A DNA stretch of 64,000 nucleotides from Nitrospiraceae bacterium (GTDB lineage: Bacteria > Nitrospirota > Nitrospiria > Nitrospirales > UBA2166): contig PBSN01000012.1 in NCBI GenBank assembly GCA_002726235.1, positions 1 to 64,000 of the forward strand, given 5' to 3'. Below the pieces are notes generated by a model. That model saw only the letters and a program-made list of their open reading frames with translations. It was not told the origin of the DNA and ran no database searches. Shown here one piece after another: positions 59,229-64,000 of the stretch. The position numbers and the translations under genes were made by a program. Every line of letters starts with the position of its first letter. The stretch's first letter is position 1.

Positions 59229-60395
59229 ATGAATGTTGAATGGAGCGATCGAATCAAAAATCTTCCCCCCTATCTCTTTGCGGCCATCGATGCTGCCAAG
59301 CAGGCAGTACAAGCTAAAGGGATGGATATTATCGATCTTGGTGTTGGCGATCCTGATCTTCCAACTCCAGGGTTAATCATTGAGCGTCTTTCGTCTGCGG
59401 CACGAGATTCGAAGAACCACCAATATCCGTCCTATATTGGCATGCTGTCTTTTCGTGAAGCGGTCGCAAAGTGGTATAAGCGAAGATTTTCTGTTTCGAT
59501 CGATCCAAGGCGTGAATCTCTTACGTTGATCGGTTCGAAGGAAGGCATAGGACATGTCCCTCTCGCATTTATTAATCCAGGAGACCTTGTGCTCGTTCCC
59601 GATCCAGGGTATCCGGTGTATTCCGTTGCCACGACATTTGCAGGAGGTGTCGTGTATACCATGCCACTGAAACGGCCAAATGGATTCTTTCCAGACCTTG
59701 AGGCGATTCCGGCTGATGTGTGTACGCGGGCAAAGCTGATGTTTTTAAACTATCCAAACAATCCAACAACCGCAGTCGCTACACGAGAGTTTTTTGCGCG
59801 CGTGGTTGAGTTTGCGTCTCGGCATAATATCATCGTGTGTCATGACAATGCCTATTCCGAGATCTATTTTGATGATCGTCGCCCGATCAGCTTCATGGAG
59901 GTTGATGGGGCTCGGGAGGTTGGTGTTGAGTTTCACTCGTTGTCAAAAACATTCAATATGACCGGATGGCGCATTGGGTCGGTAGTAGGAAATGAGTCTG
60001 TCATTGCTGGGTTAGGGAAGGTTAAGACGAATATAGATTCTGGCGTCTTCCAGGCAGTCCAAGAGGCTGGGATCACCGCCTTGGAGGCCGACGACCAGAT
60101 TGTTGCGGACGCGAGAGCAATCTACCAAGAGCGTCGAAATGTGTTGGTTCCAGGACTGAAATCCATTGGTATTGATGTTTATCCAACCGATGCAACCTTC
60201 TACGTCTGGATGGATGTGCCGTCGTCGTTTACCTCTGCAAGCCTTGCAAGTCATCTGATTGAGAAAGCTGGCATCGTTGCAACGCCAGGAAATGGTTTTG
60301 GAAATGCGGGAGAAGGCTATCTTCGTATGACCCTGTGTGCACCAAAAGAACGACTTGCCGAGGCGGTGGACCGGATAAAAACCATTGGCATTTAG
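59229..60395 (+). CDS. dapL: LL-diaminopimelate aminotransferase
   Basis: LPPYLFA, LIGSKEG, NYPNNPT, SLSKTFNMTGWR; position in the dap operon. Confidence 0.85.
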   Translation: MNVEWSDRIKNLPPYLFAAIDAAKQAVQAKGMDIIDLGVGDPDLPTPGLIIERLSSAARDSKNHQYPSYIGMLSFREAVAKWYKRRFSVSIDPRRESLTLIGSKEGIGHVPLAFINPGDLVLVPDPGYPVYSVATTFAGGVVYTMPLKRPNGFFPDLEAIPADVCTRAKLMFLNYPNNPTTAVATREFFARVVEFASRHNIIVCHDNAYSEIYFDDRRPISFMEVDGAREVGVEFHSLSKTFNMTGWRIGSVVGNESVIAGLGKVKTNIDSGVFQAVQEAGITALEADDQIVADARAIYQERRNVLVPGLKSIGIDVYPTDATFYVWMDVPSSFTSASLASHLIEKAGIVATPGNGFGNAGEGYLRMTLCAPKERLAEAVDRIKTIGI

Positions 60396-60397
60396 GT

Positions 60398-60895
60398 GTG
60401 CAAGCTTATCTTGGTATTGGCTCGAACGTAGGCGATCGGCAAGCGTGGTGTATGAAAGCCATCACGTGTCTGACCAGCCATCCTGATATTTCTCACCTCA
60501 CCCACTCTGTATTGTATGAGACAGAACCGGTAGATGCTCCCACCCAAGGGTGGTTTCTGAATTGTGCGGTCAGTATTGAAACAGAATTGACCGTTCGATC
60601 CCTCTTTTCTTTGTGTGCGCGAATCGAATGTGATCTTGGACGTGTGCGATCTGAAAAGAACGCACCGCGAACCGTTGATCTTGATCTGCTCTTCTATGGA
60701 ACAGCGATAGTGAATACGTCGGACCTTATCGTGCCGCATCCTCGGATTGAGACACGGAGGTTTGTTCTTGTCCCACTCGCAGAGATCGCACCAGATGTGC
60801 TGCATCCCCTATTGCACCTCACCGTACGGGAATTACTGGATCGTCTTGGAAACTTTCCGATCGTACGAAAGCTCAACGATAGTACAGCCGAGTAG
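60398..60895 (+). CDS. folK: 2-amino-4-hydroxy-6-hydroxymethyldihydropteridine diphosphokinase
   Basis: Start GTG 60398; YLGIGSNVGDR, YETEP, PRTVDLDLL, VPHP, RRFVLVPL. Confidence 0.95.
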   Translation: MQAYLGIGSNVGDRQAWCMKAITCLTSHPDISHLTHSVLYETEPVDAPTQGWFLNCAVSIETELTVRSLFSLCARIECDLGRVRSEKNAPRTVDLDLLFYGTAIVNTSDLIVPHPRIETRRFVLVPLAEIAPDVLHPLLHLTVRELLDRLGNFPIVRKLNDSTAE

Positions 60896-60905
60896 TAAGT
60901 AATCG

Positions 60906-61760
60906 ATGAAGGTCATCAAGACCATTTCAGCAATGCAAAAATCCGTGACGCATTGGCGGAAAACAGGCAACTCTATTGGGTTCGTCCCGACGATGGGTGC
61001 CTTTCACGGCGGGCATTGTGCGCTCATTGAGGCCGCTCGTCGCACCAACCAAATCGTCGTGGTGAGTCTGTTTGTAAATCCACTGCAGTTTGGACCTCGC
61101 GAGGATTTCCACCGTTATCCTAGAACCTTTACCCAAGACCGACGTTTCTGTGAGAAGGCTGGAGTAGATGGTTTGTTTGTGCCAAATGAAAACGCAATGT
61201 ATCCCGATAGGTTCCAAACGATAGTCATGGTGCGCAAGATCACTCAAGGGTATGAGGGACAGTCACGTCCGACGCATTTTGAAGGCGTAACAACGGTGAT
61301 CACAAAACTCTGTCATATCGTTGTACCTGATCAGGTGTATTTTGGCCAAAAGGATTATCAGCAGGCGATTGTGATAAAACAGATGCTGGCTGATCTGAAC
61401 ATGCCGATTAAAATGGTGATGCGGCCAACGGTGCGGGAATCAGATGGTCTCGCGATGAGTTCCAGAAACTCACTTCTTAAGCCCAACGAACGAAGGACAG
61501 CGGCTGTGATATATCGTGTGTTAGAGGAAGGTGCGAGGCGTATTCGCGCAGGAGAGCGGTCTGGATACAGGCTCCGTCGCAACATTGAAACGAGGTTGAA
61601 TGCCGAACCGTCAATAAAAGTCGATTATGTTGGGATTATGCACCCACAGACGTTAGTGGCCGTGAGGCAACTCGAGGGGAGTGTGGTCCTGACAATTGCC
61701 GCCTATGTTGGAAAGACGCGGCTTATTGACAATATTATTGTGCGGGTTCCGGCATGGTGA
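60906..61760 (+). CDS. panC: Pantoate--beta-alanine ligase
   Basis: [39 protein letters not shown]. Confidence 0.96.
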   Translation: MKVIKTISAMQKSVTHWRKTGNSIGFVPTMGAFHGGHCALIEAARRTNQIVVVSLFVNPLQFGPREDFHRYPRTFTQDRRFCEKAGVDGLFVPNENAMYPDRFQTIVMVRKITQGYEGQSRPTHFEGVTTVITKLCHIVVPDQVYFGQKDYQQAIVIKQMLADLNMPIKMVMRPTVRESDGLAMSSRNSLLKPNERRTAAVIYRVLEEGARRIRAGERSGYRLRRNIETRLNAEPSIKVDYVGIMHPQTLVAVRQLEGSVVLTIAAYVGKTRLIDNIIVRVPAW

Positions 61761-61762
61761 AG

Positions 61763-61839
<77 letters not shown>

Positions 61840-61849
61840 CCATTTTTAG

Positions 61850-62590
61850 TTATAAGCTTCCGATCAAGTTTTTTTGGATAGTGACAAGATTTTCAATGGC
61901 TTTTCGGCCCAAGTCTAAAAACTCTGACAATTCCTCTGATGTAAAGGTCATGTGCTCTGCTGTACCTTGGATCTCAACAAACCGGCCTTCACCGGTCATC
62001 ACCAGGTTCATATCTACTTGTGCCATTGAATCCTCTTCATAACAGAGATCCGTCATAAGCATATTGCCCACTTTTCCTACGCTGATTGCGGCGAGGTAAT
62101 CGGTCAGTACTTGTTTCTTGATGAGGCTCTTATTTTTTGCGAACATGATAGCATCGTGAAGTGCGAGAAAACTTCCCGTGATTGATGCGGTTCGTGTTCC
62201 ACCATCAGCCTGGATGACATCACAGTCGATCCAAACCGTCCGTTCTCCAAGTGCCTCAAGGTCGGCAACCGAACGCAGTGACCGGCCAATGAGACGCTGG
62301 ATTTCATGTGTCCGTCCGCCGATCTTTCCGCGAGATGATTCTCGTGGGCTCCGTTGGTGTGTAGAGCGTGGAAGCATTGAGTATTCTGCGGTGATCCATC
62401 CAGTCCCTTTGTCTCTTAAGAAAGGCGGCACTTTCTCTTCTAGGGAGGCTGTACAGATGACTTTCGTTTCGCCCATTTCAATCAAGACAGACCCTTCTGC
62501 TGGCTTGATGAAATTTCGAGTAATTGTCACTGGGCGATGGGCGGAACATGCGCGACCATCTTTTCGAATCATTGATGCTGCAATGGTCAT
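61850..62590 (-). CDS. rph: Ribonuclease PH
   Basis: [43 protein letters not shown]. Confidence 0.97.
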   Translation of the reverse strand: MTIAASMIRKDGRACSAHRPVTITRNFIKPAEGSVLIEMGETKVICTASLEEKVPPFLRDKGTGWITAEYSMLPRSTHQRSPRESSRGKIGGRTHEIQRLIGRSLRSVADLEALGERTVWIDCDVIQADGGTRTASITGSFLALHDAIMFAKNKSLIKKQVLTDYLAAISVGKVGNMLMTDLCYEEDSMAQVDMNLVMTGEGRFVEIQGTAEHMTFTSEELSEFLDLGRKAIENLVTIQKNLIGSL

Positions 62591-62730
62591 GAGTGTTGAG
62601 TGGGAGGTTTGCTCTCCTTGGCTTGGCGTTTAATTTTTTTTACGATGTAAAATCGAAGCATGAGAAGCCCAACGATAAGAAGACTAACTCCACCGATGAA
62701 TACTTCAGCCTGTCCAATAACGTAAGGCAT
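62587..62730 (-). CDS. Putative small single-TM protein
   Basis: [28 protein letters not shown] followed by a basic tail; stop overlaps the rph ATG (ATGA). Confidence 0.5.
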   Translation of the reverse strand: MPYVIGQAEVFIGGVSLLIVGLLMLRFYIVKKIKRQAKESKPPTQHS

Positions 62731-62791
62731 AGTAACCGAAATATTGCCGTTTTGACAGGGGAAATTCAAGTATGCTACCGTTCACACTGTA

Positions 62792-63367
62792 ATGAAAGTT
62801 GGACCAAAAACAGTTGTCGCAATGGATTATGCTGTCCTCTTGGATTCTGGTGAAGTTGGGGAGTCTACCTATGGGAAGAGTCCTGTTCAATTTATTTACG
62901 GGGACCAGACAGTTGTCCCAGGTTTGTATAAGGCAATTGCCGGATTGACGAAGGGTGACCGGAGATCGTTCAAGATTGATCCAACGGAAGGGTATGGAGT
63001 TTATGAGGCGTCAGAGGTTCGCAAAGTGCCACGAGCGGGTCTTCCCCCAGAGCTGACTCCTGAAGTGAACATGGCACTCCAAGTGAAGGATCCGACTGGA
63101 ACCTACCGTCTGGTCACGATTAAAGAAGTCGAAGATGAAACGCTCACCGTGGATTTCAACCACCCGTACGCAGGCCATACGCTTACATTTGATGTCCTGA
63201 TTCGTGACGTCCGCGAGGTAACAGACGAAGAGTTGGAACAAGGTCTTACGTCACAAGTAGAAGAGGGCGAGGATGACCTTTCTGCGTACTCAGGTCCTGG
63301 GGGTAACATTGCGGATAACATCATGGAAGATGATGAGCCTCCAGATTACCCGGAAGCGTTCAACTGA
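62792..63367 (+). CDS. slyD: FKBP-type peptidyl-prolyl isomerase, SlyD-like
   Basis: VAMDY, EGYG, VDFNHPYAGHTLTFDV, VREVTDEEL; acidic rather than His-rich tail. Confidence 0.85.
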   Translation: MKVGPKTVVAMDYAVLLDSGEVGESTYGKSPVQFIYGDQTVVPGLYKAIAGLTKGDRRSFKIDPTEGYGVYEASEVRKVPRAGLPPELTPEVNMALQVKDPTGTYRLVTIKEVEDETLTVDFNHPYAGHTLTFDVLIRDVREVTDEELEQGLTSQVEEGEDDLSAYSGPGGNIADNIMEDDEPPDYPEAFN

Positions 63368-63392
63368 ACGAGTTTCTGCTGTTTTACATCTT

Positions 63393-63818
63393 TCACTTCT
63401 CTGATTTATCCCTGCCGTTTTTTCCTTTTATTGCTTTCGGTGAAGATGCTGTAGGCGGTGTTGTGTTGTTTGCTTTGTTGCTCTCAGGCGATGATGTGGA
63501 TGTTGTAGCATGGTCTGCAGAGGGTGAGGAGTCTGGGGTTTTTTCTTTGTCAGGAGACGTACCTTCTTTTGACGTATCACTCGGTGCAGTATTCTCACTG
63601 GGTTTTTCAGCTTGTTCTTTTGAATCTGGGGGTTTCGATTTTGACGAGTAGTCGGTGATATACCAGCCTGTACCCTTAAATGATAGCCCTGGGGCTGAGA
63701 TTAGTTTGGTTACTTTTCCAGAACATTGCTCGCATTTTGTGATTGGTTGGTCCGAGAACTTTTGAATTAGTTCAAAGCGATACCCGCACTTATTGCATGA
63801 ATATTCATATAAAGGCAT
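63393..63818 (-). CDS. FmdB-family zinc-ribbon protein
   Basis: MPLYEYSCNKCG...CEQC...FKGTGWYITDY followed by a low-complexity tail. Confidence 0.9.
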   Translation of the reverse strand: MPLYEYSCNKCGYRFELIQKFSDQPITKCEQCSGKVTKLISAPGLSFKGTGWYITDYSSKSKPPDSKEQAEKPSENTAPSDTSKEGTSPDKEKTPDSSPSADHATTSTSSPESNKANNTTPPTASSPKAIKGKNGRDKSEK

Positions 63819-64000
63819 TAAACATCTCCTAAGTGATAGATGTAGAGTCACTATTCATACATCTTCTTCTTTTTCCTAGACTGTCGTTTTTCTAGTGCGC
63901 GAACCATTACGTATGTCTCAGGAACGTTTCTGTCTACGGTCCTCTTGTATTGTCATTATGCGATACCATTGAATCCATCTGGGTTGAGACAGTAATGGAT

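Overview
Bacterial chromosomal window of about 50% GC. It looks like a consensus or metagenomic assembly because it contains ambiguous N calls. The argDFGH-lipoprotein-lysA-dapFAB-dapL-folK-panC gene order and the urt/ure genes are compatible with a Nitrospirota-like nitrifier (inference only). Layout: (1) tRNA-Ala(CGC), then an accessory region (about 100-12300). It holds a very AT-rich frameshifted ORF, a B12-dependent radical SAM enzyme, several secreted or surface proteins (metallopeptidase lipoprotein, beta-barrel, kelch/InlB-repeat/CARDB protein, collagen-like lipoprotein) and an unexplained, heavily base-paired ~450-nt minus-strand region with a small leader ORF. (2) A GldA/F/G-like ABC operon. 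(3) zwf-pgl-glk-fbp-fbaB-peroxiredoxin sugar-phosphate genes, a GT4 glycosyltransferase, pyrD and coaBC. (4) An uncharacterised plus-strand cluster: atypical Fe-type solute-binding protein, membrane cytochrome c, two paralogous His/Met-rich secreted proteins, an RRE-radical SAM-degenerate SPASM-ArsM-like methyltransferase fusion and a DedA/TVP38 protein. (5) A GAF pseudo-histidine kinase and an OM barrel. (6) A urea uptake/urease locus (48-nt-repeat peptide gene, porin, urtABCDE, ureABC, no accessory genes). (7) LysM protein, tRNA-Leu, Arg/Lys/folate/pantothenate biosynthesis, tRNA-Pro, rph, slyD-like PPIase and an FmdB-family protein. No CRISPR array, transposase, integrase or rRNA was seen. 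The best novelty candidates are the 28.4-35.3 kb cluster, the 5.2-5.66 kb structured RNA, and the repeat-peptide gene that mirrors the N-terminus of the adjacent porin.
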